Below, one piece after another: positions 51,501 to 60,399 of a DNA stretch of 64,000 nt. Every line of letters starts with the position of its first letter. Within the stretch, counting starts at the first letter, position 1. This stretch comes from Fibrobacterales bacterium (lineage in GTDB: Bacteria > Fibrobacterota > Fibrobacteria > Fibrobacterales > JAOPTW01). The DNA is taken from assembly GCA_051532035.1 (NCBI GenBank), contig JAOPTW010000013.1, positions 256,001-320,000 of the forward strand. The letters are read 5' to 3'. The notes under the pieces were generated by a model that worked only from the letters and a program-made list of their open reading frames with translations, was not told the DNA's origin and searched no databases. A program made the translations under genes and the position numbers.

Positions 51501-53886
51501 CATAAACGAACGGTTTAGGGCTTCTATATAATTTACCATACTCATTATTATATTGTGCTGATACCAAATGTTTATTTGCACCAATGTTATCTTGTTTTTG
51601 AACTATTTCACCAAAACCATTTAAGAAACTATACGTTTCAACAACATTTCCTGTACCGGAAAAAACCTCTGATTTTATGTATGACGGATCTGCATTTTTA
51701 ACATTGCATACTGTAGTTGTAATCTCCACTTTATGGTCTTGAGTTAAATCCTCAAAATTAAAAGTATACCCTTCTCCGTTAGACAAACTAACACCGGCAC
51801 CAACATCCATTGAAATTTTAGTTAATGCCTCACAACCTGACTCATCTACAATACATTCATGCCATTCTTTAGTCATTGAAATGTCATCAATACTCACAGA
51901 AAGTAAGGTTTCTCCTGGAATAGGTTTTACTGTAATACTCCCAGAAGTACCTTTTAGGAATTTCGCTTCAATATAATTAGGGCTAGATATTACAGGAGTA
52001 ATACTAGAAACATTACTTGATCCATCTACAGTAGCATTTCCACTAGTAATATATACTTTAAAATTAAAATGAGACCTTTCATAAATAGCTTCAAAACTGT
52101 GATCTTCTACAATATTTTGAAACTCATGTATATAGTCTCCACCCTCTTCAACACCATTTCCTGCAACATCTATCTCGTCTTTATTATCAATAAGTAACTT
52201 GGTTACTCTCCAATCATTGTTTGGATTAACCAGAAAACTTAAGTTTGATCCGAATGCAATCCCTGATGTAGTACCCGGAGTTATCACTCCACCTGAACCT
52301 AGAACAACATCAATATTTAAGTATGATTTAAACACAACATGAACTGTTTGGCTTTCTACCATATTATTAATAGGAATAGGGTTAGAACTCTTACCTTCAC
52401 CAGTAATATCATGACTAACTAATCCCCAATAATCTTGTTCAGTAAATCTAGTTCCATCACCAACATATGGCTTACCACTACAAGAGTAATACCCACTGAA
52501 AGGTTTCTTTCTCTTAGGGTCAACAGAACCCTCAGGATAATTTGTATTCAAATAAATATCATGTAAATAATAACCAGCAGCAGGAATAAACTCGATTTCT
52601 ACATCAGAACCATTAGGATAATCAAATATCAAAGGTGGTTCTTGTTCAATTTCTACCCCATTAACCTTAACAATTCCTTCCCCAAGTTTCGATAAATAAA
52701 TTTGCTCACCGCAAAATGTTGGACTACTCTGTAGGCGTAAACCATCCGAAATAAAATCACGCGCACCTCTATCTGCTAGATTATATAAAATTTCAATATT
52801 ATGTTCATTATTACATATTCTATTATAATTTATAGCATTATAAAGTGCACCAGAATGACTCCATATATCTGCAGGTAGGCTCCATAATGGGTCTATATTA
52901 AAAACTTCATTCATCATAAATTCAATCTTTTTTATATAAGGCAAACTATATAGAAAGCTTAAGTCAGAGACATCATTTGCTATGATATTAATTTCTTCTA
53001 AGCCCTGTAAATTTGCTAAGGGGCTCGCATCAATTATAGAATTATAACTTAAGTCTATTACTTCCAACTCTGTATTTTTGACTGATAGGCCAGAAATAGT
53101 ATTTAGACTTGCACTATTTAGTACCAACTTTGTCAATGATACTAGATTACTAATATCACTCAATTCGATGATACTGTTACCACTTAAATCTAGTTCAACT
53201 AAATTCACCAAGGAATTACCAATATTTCTCATTGAAGTAATTGAGTTTTTGCTAAGATTTAAAATTTCTAGAGAGGTTAATTCCGAAATTGTATTTTCAT
53301 CCGTAATTTGATTATTAGCCAAAAACAATTTTTTAAGGGATGGTAGAGACGGTAATGTTGAGATGTCACTTACATTATTATTCTCAAGGTTTATTTCTTC
53401 TAGATGCGTCAACTCACTAAGTACACTGATATCATCAACATTACCTCCCACTTGAAGTACTTTTATTGACTTAAGATATCTTAAGTCATCAAGGCTAGTC
53501 AAAATACTTTCATAAATCTTAAGGACCGATAATTTGGGCAACTTCGGCTGAGTGGATGGAGCTACAAATCCATACAAATCTTCTATATAATCACAATTAT
53601 GTAAATGTAATTCCTCTAATTCTGAAATTTTCTGTATTTCTTCGTCAATAGAAGTAAGGTTTCGTATTACAATTAGCCTACAGCTTATATCTATAACAGT
53701 CATTCTTGGTTCAGTAGGATGATTATTAGTTTCATAATAAGACTCTTGAGCTTCACTCCCTATTAATTGTGACAATGTATTGATATCACAATCCAAATCA
53801 CTACAATGGGAGGTATCCGCATAAATACTACTAGACAATAGCACTAGAAACAGAATAATATTTTTTAAAGAAAAAGATTTAAACAT
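48544..53886 (-). CDS. Rhs polymorphic toxin: signal peptide, internalin-like LRRs, beta-sandwich repeats, YD repeats, Rhs core, L,D-transpeptidase-like C-terminal tip
   Basis: LxxLxLxxNxI repeats; YFYLRDHLGSTR; FTGKELD; YFGARYY; NPINRIDPNG cleavage motif; tip motif IHSG-x11-SRGC. Confidence 0.9.
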   Translation of the reverse strand: MFKSFSLKNIILFLVLLSSSIYADTSHCSDLDCDINTLSQLIGSEAQESYYETNNHPTEPRMTVIDISCRLIVIRNLTSIDEEIQKISELEELHLHNCDYIEDLYGFVAPSTQPKLPKLSVLKIYESILTSLDDLRYLKSIKVLQVGGNVDDISVLSELTHLEEINLENNNVSDISTLPSLPSLKKLFLANNQITDENTISELTSLEILNLSKNSITSMRNIGNSLVNLVELDLSGNSIIELSDISNLVSLTKLVLNSASLNTISGLSVKNTELEVIDLSYNSIIDASPLANLQGLEEINIIANDVSDLSFLYSLPYIKKIEFMMNEVFNIDPLWSLPADIWSHSGALYNAINYNRICNNEHNIEILYNLADRGARDFISDGLRLQSSPTFCGEQIYLSKLGEGIVKVNGVEIEQEPPLIFDYPNGSDVEIEFIPAAGYYLHDIYLNTNYPEGSVDPKRKKPFSGYYSCSGKPYVGDGTRFTEQDYWGLVSHDITGEGKSSNPIPINNMVESQTVHVVFKSYLNIDVVLGSGGVITPGTTSGIAFGSNLSFLVNPNNDWRVTKLLIDNKDEIDVAGNGVEEGGDYIHEFQNIVEDHSFEAIYERSHFNFKVYITSGNATVDGSSNVSSITPVISSPNYIEAKFLKGTSGSITVKPIPGETLLSVSIDDISMTKEWHECIVDESGCEALTKISMDVGAGVSLSNGEGYTFNFEDLTQDHKVEITTTVCNVKNADPSYIKSEVFSGTGNVVETYSFLNGFGEIVQKQDNIGANKHLVSAQYNNEYGKLYRSPKPFVYDNATAIFQQMDCSNCITEAIGEYSDQYAFNEMKYTSDPNQSLIEQGTYDEAFSLATNGHHDKQWKFGVLTSTSFIAQINLSENYLDNTQQDSEAASYFLKVYKSPDGNYSQVIVDKRGVAIKQRSYPDISGMPGEITTETLYDDKGQMLESVSADPTNKTTYTYNTIGGVTSVTSVDDGLTQYKYDNVGRLRYSKNQNQLSNSTAGNNLFTIFSYDNLNRQIGVSVSDGTLDFNSPNAVINSSNTIQKATSIYDVVPALNTYLGWTANVSELGEVEKELQNSRGNLVAVISYGEFNEKIADVFSYDEKGRVIAKYKIINALTPIQKFSYSYSAYDALMTQTYENRNSGAWIEQHKKSYVYDSQNRLKEIQHGSMGATPKKSIEYEYNRIGLVENERYFDYATSSVREELVYTYNLRDQIKKIDGNKFEQDIDYELSCNGATTGKYDGSLKCSKMTYRYGATNGVIAEEYTYDGANQLTNILSSTIGIGVNPQTGGGYTYDNIGRFVTKREKGPDLVSGAENMSYNYESGSNRLASVDAVVTATTTRHHFLYDPMGNLAVDFEKNMYVEYDYRGMAKAYHFFEDLTYGTTVDTYNEFIVALGTFTMKGVVKMMYDAGGQRVSKTVYEISATPTPGTEVVVDSIVYLDNEAVLELASTNDLYISTVNYSTPTGVVGAARRTEAGVETEYFYLRDHLGSTRMAFNATAPAGNVVNANAYQGFGDMLNFYTSGTKNGRQLFTGKELDKDGYDGATPADDRLMDLSYFGARYYNAGIGMWASADPARQHFSGYAYGSNNPINRIDPNGLEDVIIYDQSSLPVDDGAGGNDTYTAQVYVRDDDGNILGPYRGSSYPNTIGNDLVGTDWNTTNANETFLFNNANGHSGGTQRGLNIVDVNGNRVNSGINREGDRTVMQFVNIHSGTSNNGNYNSRGSRGCVTIHPDDWAAFNGNFNWSGGNTGGSSGHIYIYRNGQNNESPTNIPIYNQSGI

Positions 53887-54316
53887 GCTGTCCTTATCAA
53901 ATTGATTTTAAAAATGAGTTCTTAAATACAAGCGACTTGTCAAGAATACTTCAAAATAAGTATTACACTTTTTTAATAAAATTTTCATAATAATTACAAG
54001 CCCTCATAATCGTTTACAAATATTGCAATATTCTAGATAAAAAAAAGAGGTTATTATAAATTCGTTTAAATTCCCGCTTACCACCACCCTATATATGACA
54101 AGAGATAAGGGTCTTAAATCATTAATTTGCGACATTCAATTGTAAACTTTCAATCTGCTTACCATAGGTATCGCTCATGAAATCACTACTTTCTAATGGG
54201 AGTTATATTAAACCAAGGTTAAGTAGATCTATTAATTATATAGACTTATGAATATTGCATTTTAAAACGGATAAGTCATTAATCGAACGATACAAAGTTT
54301 ACAATTGAAAAAACCA

Positions 54317-56236
54317 TCATCTTGACTTCTTGTAACTTAAACCATAACTAAATTTAAAGAGAATATTATATGGAAAATTACGTATGGGTAATTTTTCAAA
54401 ATCTATTGGCCAATCATAGGGAAGCTTTCCTGTTGGTATAAAGTTATTTATAGCATACAAAAAGTCAGCAACTCCATCACCTTCTGATCCCGGTAACCAC
54501 GCCACAACAAATGCATCACTCAGTTGTAACTCTTTGTTGATATTGATAGGCCTACCGGTAATGAGTACTGTAATAATTTTCTGACCCTTATCTTTACACT
54601 CACCTAATATTTTCTCTATTGTTGAAGGTAGTGCTAAAACATGATCACCTCTATGAGCATCACCTAAGAATTCTGAATAAGGCTTTTCACCGGTAACAAC
54701 AACTATTTTATCAAACCCTTCTATCTCAGAGCAATTCTCACGCAAAGATACTGTTGGATTAACTTTTTTGAGAGCCTTAATGATCGAGGTGCTCCCCTCA
54801 TAATTCGTCTTAGTGCCCTGCCACAGTACAGTCCATCCACCAGACTGATAGCCACTACGTGCAGCATGCTCTCCAATCACAATAATTTTTTCGTCTCTCT
54901 TGAGAGGCAGGGTATTTTCTTTGTTTTTTAATAAAACCATCGACTCTCTCACTGCTTGTCTGGCAACAGCTCTATGTTCTTTATGCCCAACAAATCGTGA
55001 AAACCCCCTAAAAGGAAAAGGGTTTTTGAATAACCCCATCTCATATTTCATTGTTAAAATACGGGTGACCGCACTGTTTATTCTTTCTTCGGGCACAGCA
55101 CCTGAATCAACAGCATTTTTTAATGGAATAATAAAATCGTTATAGGTACTCGGATGCATTGCCATATCTATCCCGGCATTTACAACTGTGCGAGGCGGGC
55201 CAAAACGAGTACCCCCATGCCAATCAGTTAACACAACTCCCTTGAACCCTATCGAATCTTTTAGAATGTCAGAAACCAGATGCTTGCTTTGATGTACTCT
55301 TTCACCATTCACAGAATTGAGTCCAACCATTATCGATGATACACCATTTTTGGACGCTTCTATAAACGAAGGCAACAGTGATTCACGAAGTTCAGCCTCT
55401 CCAACGATAGCGTCCCCGGCATCTTTCCCCCCAGTTGTTGAACCTTCACCGATATAATGCTTTGCAGTGGAAGCAACTCTAAAAGCATTATGTCTCAATG
55501 GACTTTGCAATCCTCTAATAGAGGCATTCATAGCTTGAATTGTTAATTCTTTGTCTCGAGAAAACCCTTCATACACCCTACCCCAATTTTCATGCATTGG
55601 CATTGCGATACACGGTGCAAAGGTCCAATTAAACCCCGTCCCCACTAATTCTAGTGCCGTTATACGACCGATTTTTTCTATTAATTCAAAATTTCTCGTT
55701 GCAGCAAGACCTATATTATGAGGAAATATTGTAGCACCCCTGAAACTACCATGCCCATGATTTGCATCGACAGCGATAAGTAGCGGTAACCCTAATCGAG
55801 ACTCCAAAGCTGCAGTCTGAAAACTATTCATTTTTTTCATCCAAGAACGTGCTGAATAATCAATGCTTTTGCCCAATGAATGCATTATAGAACCAAATGC
55901 TTGCTCAGATACTTCCTGTGTACTTAAATCATTCCACTGTATTTGAGTCATTTGAGCAATTTTTTCATCAAGTGTCATCTCCTTGAGAAAAGCATTCACG
56001 ACCTCTTCTTTCGTTTCATATCCACAAATATTTATCTTTTCTGAGCCCCATTCACATATCATTTTTGAAGGGTGCATATCCGCTTCACTCCATTCTATTG
56101 GGTCTTGGAGTGCTGGTGATTTATATCTTCGATTTTCTACTAAATATGACTTTTTAACTGGCGTTACACATTGAGCCAAAATCAACCCAAAACAAATAAT
56201 GACATTTACTTTTAAATACTGTTTAGCACTAACCAC
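54317..56236 (-). CDS. GH3 beta-glucosidase
   Basis: MTLDEKIAQMTQ, DANHG, FPHNIGL, WGRVYE, AKHY, nucleophile VLTDW, ESMVLLKN, AWLPGSEG. Confidence 0.93.
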   Translation of the reverse strand: MVSAKQYLKVNVIICFGLILAQCVTPVKKSYLVENRRYKSPALQDPIEWSEADMHPSKMICEWGSEKINICGYETKEEVVNAFLKEMTLDEKIAQMTQIQWNDLSTQEVSEQAFGSIMHSLGKSIDYSARSWMKKMNSFQTAALESRLGLPLLIAVDANHGHGSFRGATIFPHNIGLAATRNFELIEKIGRITALELVGTGFNWTFAPCIAMPMHENWGRVYEGFSRDKELTIQAMNASIRGLQSPLRHNAFRVASTAKHYIGEGSTTGGKDAGDAIVGEAELRESLLPSFIEASKNGVSSIMVGLNSVNGERVHQSKHLVSDILKDSIGFKGVVLTDWHGGTRFGPPRTVVNAGIDMAMHPSTYNDFIIPLKNAVDSGAVPEERINSAVTRILTMKYEMGLFKNPFPFRGFSRFVGHKEHRAVARQAVRESMVLLKNKENTLPLKRDEKIIVIGEHAARSGYQSGGWTVLWQGTKTNYEGSTSIIKALKKVNPTVSLRENCSEIEGFDKIVVVTGEKPYSEFLGDAHRGDHVLALPSTIEKILGECKDKGQKIITVLITGRPININKELQLSDAFVVAWLPGSEGDGVADFLYAINNFIPTGKLPYDWPIDFEKLPIRNFPYNILFKFSYGLSYKKSR

Positions 56237-56369
56237 AAAAAAGCCCCAATGTAATATACATCAGTCAAAACTAGTTATTGTTGGGGTAAATGTCTTTTAT
56301 ACTAAGGCAGAAGCAACCGAAGCGATTTCAAAAAACCTCAAAATATGATGATATTTGAGATATACCCCA

Positions 56370-57161
56370 TCAAGCAACCCTCCCCCTCTTCCCCTTCAAA
56401 TATTTCTTCCTGCAATACTCACTATTAAACTGCTTGCGGATACTCGGCACATTACCAAAGGCTACATCGGCCCAGTCACGAATATCTATGACGGGGTCTT
56501 TTAATAGAGTAATTATCCGGTCTCGAATATTCTTTTTCTCTTTCATCTCAATACTCGCGAAATGAATAGTAGCCTGAAGGCCCGACAACTCATTAACCAG
56601 TTCCTCGGCACTATCAAAGAGCGCAGGATTGAGCACAACCCGTGTGGACTGTGGGTCAATATCTCTGCCAATGTTACACAGAGTCGTTATATCTTGAAGG
56701 ACGCTCCCCATAGCCCGTGAGGTGTTGAGCTGTTGCATCTCTCGTTTTTTAACAGGGTCACTCTTATACACCAACTTAAACAGCCGTACCATTTGAGTAC
56801 GAATAGCGAAGGCCTCAGGAGAGCGCTCAGTCCAATTACCTGGTTGGCTGTCATCAAGAGGTATTCCACCATTGTAGAGTATATCGGCATGAATGCCCGC
56901 GCGGGCCCTGATTATGGCTGTATGAGCGAGGCTCAGAGCGAACCCTGCCTCTATCAGCCTATTTCGGTGCTTTACTGCCATATAGCCCAGCTCTTCTGCC
57001 TCAAAGAAATACTGCCCAATCCCCTGATAAGGAAAAGTAAAATCTTTTAGAGGAGCGGCCTGTATCTCATTGATTATGTAGTTGTAGCACCCTTCTGGGC
57101 TTTCTGGTATACGATCGGTCTCTATATCGTATAATGACTGTGATGTACTCTTCTTTTTCAT
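56370..57161 (-). CDS. Uncharacterised helical protein, paralog of 58207..59076
   Basis: GGAG RBS; colinear motifs shared with the divergent gene; basic C-terminal tail. Confidence 0.8.
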   Translation of the reverse strand: MKKKSTSQSLYDIETDRIPESPEGCYNYIINEIQAAPLKDFTFPYQGIGQYFFEAEELGYMAVKHRNRLIEAGFALSLAHTAIIRARAGIHADILYNGGIPLDDSQPGNWTERSPEAFAIRTQMVRLFKLVYKSDPVKKREMQQLNTSRAMGSVLQDITTLCNIGRDIDPQSTRVVLNPALFDSAEELVNELSGLQATIHFASIEMKEKKNIRDRIITLLKDPVIDIRDWADVAFGNVPSIRKQFNSEYCRKKYLKGKRGRVA

Positions 57162-57298
57162 TATCGTACTCCCGATAAGTTGTGTTGTACATGCATGATC
57201 ACTATCGGCCTTACCTCTATAGTACTCTCTATTGAAAAGCGTCTACTTTCAATGGCCACTGTACAGCACTGTATTGCGCATTATAATATATGTTCTCG

Positions 57299-57613
57299 TG
57301 CCCTAAGAGGCAAATGAATTACACGACTCACTCCCTATGATGCCTCAATGGTTGAAATTACTGTCTGAATAGTAAGAATGGGTGTTCGAGTAGACTAAAG
57401 AAGTGTCATAGTCTCAAAAAGCCCTACCCGAATGGGTACGTAGATTTCACATTGGCCACTCGGATACCCTCATTCACTCATTGGACATTCCACCTAATGA
57501 TTCGGACACTCATTTTTATGAGTCAGACAGGTATTGTTGAGCATGGGTTATTCAACAGTATGACTCAGGTATTTACACTCAAATATAGGACACAGCAACA
57601 GAGATATAGCTTA
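57299..57613. repeat. Two inverted arms of degenerate 9-bp boxes at an exact 21-bp period (consensus TGTCCGAAT / ATTCGGACA)
   Basis: Left boxes start at 57299, 57320, 57341, 57362, 57383, 57404 and 57425. Reverse-complement boxes start at 57458, 57479, 57500, 57521, 57542, 57563, 57584 and 57605. The 12-bp spacers are unrelated to each other. Confidence 0.75.
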
Positions 57614-58206
57614 CCAATACATATGGTAAAACGGTAAGTATAGAGAAACATAATGACAATACAGATAAGAATACTTTTGGAACAAACAACAAAACATCAT
57701 AAGCAGTGTATCAATTATATTTATCGTTACTATACAATATATTTATACAGTAACTCATTACAATACACCCTTTCTAAAAAACAATACGAATCATTTTATA
57801 CCTTATACAGAAAGGTTTTATTGAGTTTCACAAGTTCATCTTACAATAAGTACAATGATTTTTGTCTTTGTATAAAATAGACCATCTGTACAACAAATAC
57901 TCTCCCATAAAAAACTCGAAAGCACCTAATAACTCGCTCACTTTTTGTAAGCAAACAGGTAAAATAATGTTTACCGAATTATGTTTAAATAACAGAAACG
58001 GCACATTTAAAAATAGCGCTCATTTTTCTCTCTGAGTTGAGTGAAAACGTCTTGATAAAATAATAGTATTGTGCCCGATCCTGAGAAACGATATGATACA
58101 ACTAATTGGACGCGTACGATTTTTGCGCATATTCTTTTAGGGTCACCTACAACAGCCCACATTTTATAAGGGCTATAACTTAATTCAATAAATATAAGGA
58201 TTATCA

Positions 58207-59076
58207 ATGTCAGATAATACACTCTACAACACTAAAGAAGCACTATTCTCTACCCTTTCTGAAAACAAAAGCGCCGAGTATTTCGATGAAATGTACGAAA
58301 CCATTCAATCGGTACCCGATGATGAAACAACCCGACCCAACAGACCACTCAAGATTTTTTCGACAGAGGTAGAGGGCTTGATTACCATAATTAAACACAA
58401 TGAAAAGCGTCTACTCGAAAAGAACTTCGACACCAAAATCTCAACAAGACTAGAGAAGCTTATCGGTGCATACCGCCATGCACAGAGTCGTATGGCATGG
58501 GCCACCGACTCGTATAGCGAAAGCCGTAAACGCTGGAAGGCACTTTCTCCTCTGGCTTTTGAACTCCGTAATGACCTCCTTAACGAGTATCGTTTTGTTG
58601 CATTTGGCAATGATGCTGTAACAAAGCTCATCAAAGAGGTATCACAAGGAAGAACCATTGCTGACCTTATTGAAGACCTCCATATTCTTGCACACCCTTC
58701 TGATGCAATTCGTACGCAACTCGAAGATATCAACTTCGATTTTGAGCAACTCAAAAATGCTGCCAATCTCGCATTTGAAGTGGGCACGATTCAAAAAGAT
58801 GCAGAGCTCCATCGCTTTGCGGTAACTGAAGAGCGCAAAATTCGTGATAAAGTGGTCACATTACTTCAGCTCGAAGAGGCTACTATTCTCAGATGGGCTC
58901 GCCTGGTGTTTAACAAAGACAAAAAAGTACTCCGTAAATTCTTTAGTAAATACTCGCGGTCTCAAAATAATAAAGCTCGCATGGAGAACACCATAGAAGA
59001 GGATGAAGTACTCCTCCCCATGGATTCAGAAGACGAGATAGAAGAAGAAATTGAAATTGAAGAAGAGGTAGCGTAG
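58207..59076 (+). CDS. Uncharacterised helical protein, paralog of 56370..57161
   Basis: AAGGA RBS; shared motifs; acidic C-terminal tail. Confidence 0.82.
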   Translation: MSDNTLYNTKEALFSTLSENKSAEYFDEMYETIQSVPDDETTRPNRPLKIFSTEVEGLITIIKHNEKRLLEKNFDTKISTRLEKLIGAYRHAQSRMAWATDSYSESRKRWKALSPLAFELRNDLLNEYRFVAFGNDAVTKLIKEVSQGRTIADLIEDLHILAHPSDAIRTQLEDINFDFEQLKNAANLAFEVGTIQKDAELHRFAVTEERKIRDKVVTLLQLEEATILRWARLVFNKDKKVLRKFFSKYSRSQNNKARMENTIEEDEVLLPMDSEDEIEEEIEIEEEVA

Positions 59077-59146
59077 CTGTATACAGTGAGTGCATCACAA
59101 GCAGAACAGGTGGTGCACTCCCTTATACCTACCATGAGAGGTAATT

Positions 59147-59428
59147 ATGAATATATCAATTCCAAACAATTTCGACTTCTTGACCGTGATTCAGTGCCCA
59201 TTAGACAAACTGCAATCCATGGAACAATCAGGACTTTTTCAAAAGAATCTAGCGCTTTCAGACGGCGTGTGGCTCACCAAGTGTAGTAATCGTAACTTTG
59301 GACGGATTAAGGAGCTCTGCAAGGATGAGGATGCCTTCTCTATTCTGAAGGTGCGTTATACCCATGGGAGTGAATTCTTCTCGGCAAATACCGTAGTAGA
59401 AGCTACGGGAAGGAGTGTACTTCAGTGA
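59147..59428 (+). CDS. Small hypothetical protein
   Basis: GAGG RBS; its stop overlaps the next start (GTGA). Confidence 0.6.
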   Translation: MNISIPNNFDFLTVIQCPLDKLQSMEQSGLFQKNLALSDGVWLTKCSNRNFGRIKELCKDEDAFSILKVRYTHGSEFFSANTVVEATGRSVLQ

Positions 59429-60399
59429 TAAAAACGGCGATGCTCATTCTTTGTGTTGCCTCATTACTCTTTTCACAATTTCAAACCCTAGAGGAGACTC
59501 CATTTATAGGATGGAGTACTCCGACGGGGAATGATTTTAACGAGAAAGTAGTTATGGAAGCGCGGCCAATACTTAAAATGCCCTTTATAGATGGCGTTAC
59601 CCCATTTATCTATGGGGATAGCACCTATCAAAGGCTCTCAATCATCTTTGACCCACACATTCGGATGTTGTATAAAAACTCAATGCCTGTGATAATGCCG
59701 AGCTATAGAGTATCCGCCTCTTATGCCCCTACCCGATATGTGAGTAGTATCAAAAGTTTTATTACTCCTATGATCGAACATGGGCATTATTCTAATGGTC
59801 AATCGGGGTGTGCTTTTGGGAGCTCCGAAGATGCAGACTCAACCTGTCAGGCTCTGTACAGTAACTTAGATGAACTCAACCTGGGTGAACAACTCAATAG
59901 ACGGAGTGGTGAGTTCTCTACAAACTTTGTACGAAGTAAATTAAAGCTCATGAAGGTTATGGGGTTTTACCCAGGTACAGGAATGGTAGAAGATGCTCTT
60001 GAGGTAACTTTGGGGTATACGCGCTATATCGATCGGCTCTTTGGCTTTTCCATTGCCGGATATAATACGCTTGATACGAAGTTCTACTCAATGAACAGAT
60101 ATTTGGTTGAGGTAGCAGGGCATCATTATCTTATGCTGTTTAATGAAATGACGCAACTTCGGTATGGAGTATCGGCTCAGTATCTCCCCTCTCAGCACTC
60201 TCAGATCACTCCTTACAATATATCACTCTTTGGGAACTTTACGTATCCTTCTGGTGTCGGTGTGTTTGTTAAGGCAGAGAAAGGGCAAGACTTGTATAAT
60301 GTGCGGATGGTTGATGATATCTTTCGGGTATTTATTGGGGTATCCTTCTTGTTTCGGTCGAGTGAGCCGGCCTATATAGAAATTACGGAGCGTTACTAA
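59425..60399 (+). CDS. Outer-membrane phospholipase A (OMPLA/PldA)-like beta-barrel protein
   Basis: Signal peptide; HYSNGQ matches the OMPLA HxSNG catalytic motif; alternating aromatic beta-strands near the C-terminus. Confidence 0.6.
   Translation: MIKTAMLILCVASLLFSQFQTLEETPFIGWSTPTGNDFNEKVVMEARPILKMPFIDGVTPFIYGDSTYQRLSIIFDPHIRMLYKNSMPVIMPSYRVSASYAPTRYVSSIKSFITPMIEHGHYSNGQSGCAFGSSEDADSTCQALYSNLDELNLGEQLNRRSGEFSTNFVRSKLKLMKVMGFYPGTGMVEDALEVTLGYTRYIDRLFGFSIAGYNTLDTKFYSMNRYLVEVAGHHYLMLFNEMTQLRYGVSAQYLPSQHSQITPYNISLFGNFTYPSGVGVFVKAEKGQDLYNVRMVDDIFRVFIGVSFLFRSSEPAYIEITERY

Noticed and set aside
39250..53886. T6SS effector locus or classical Tc (ABC) toxin
   Set aside because: No VgrG, PAAR, Hcp or TcA in the window, and both large proteins have signal peptides.
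57299..57613. CRISPR array interpretation of the periodic boxes
   Set aside because: Repeats are 9 bp and degenerate, spacers are 12 bp, orientation flips midway, and there are no cas genes in the window.
57452..57880. ORFs 57452..57637 and 57653..57880 as real genes
   Set aside because: Short, no convincing RBS or protein-like features; open frames are expected in DNA with a period divisible by three.
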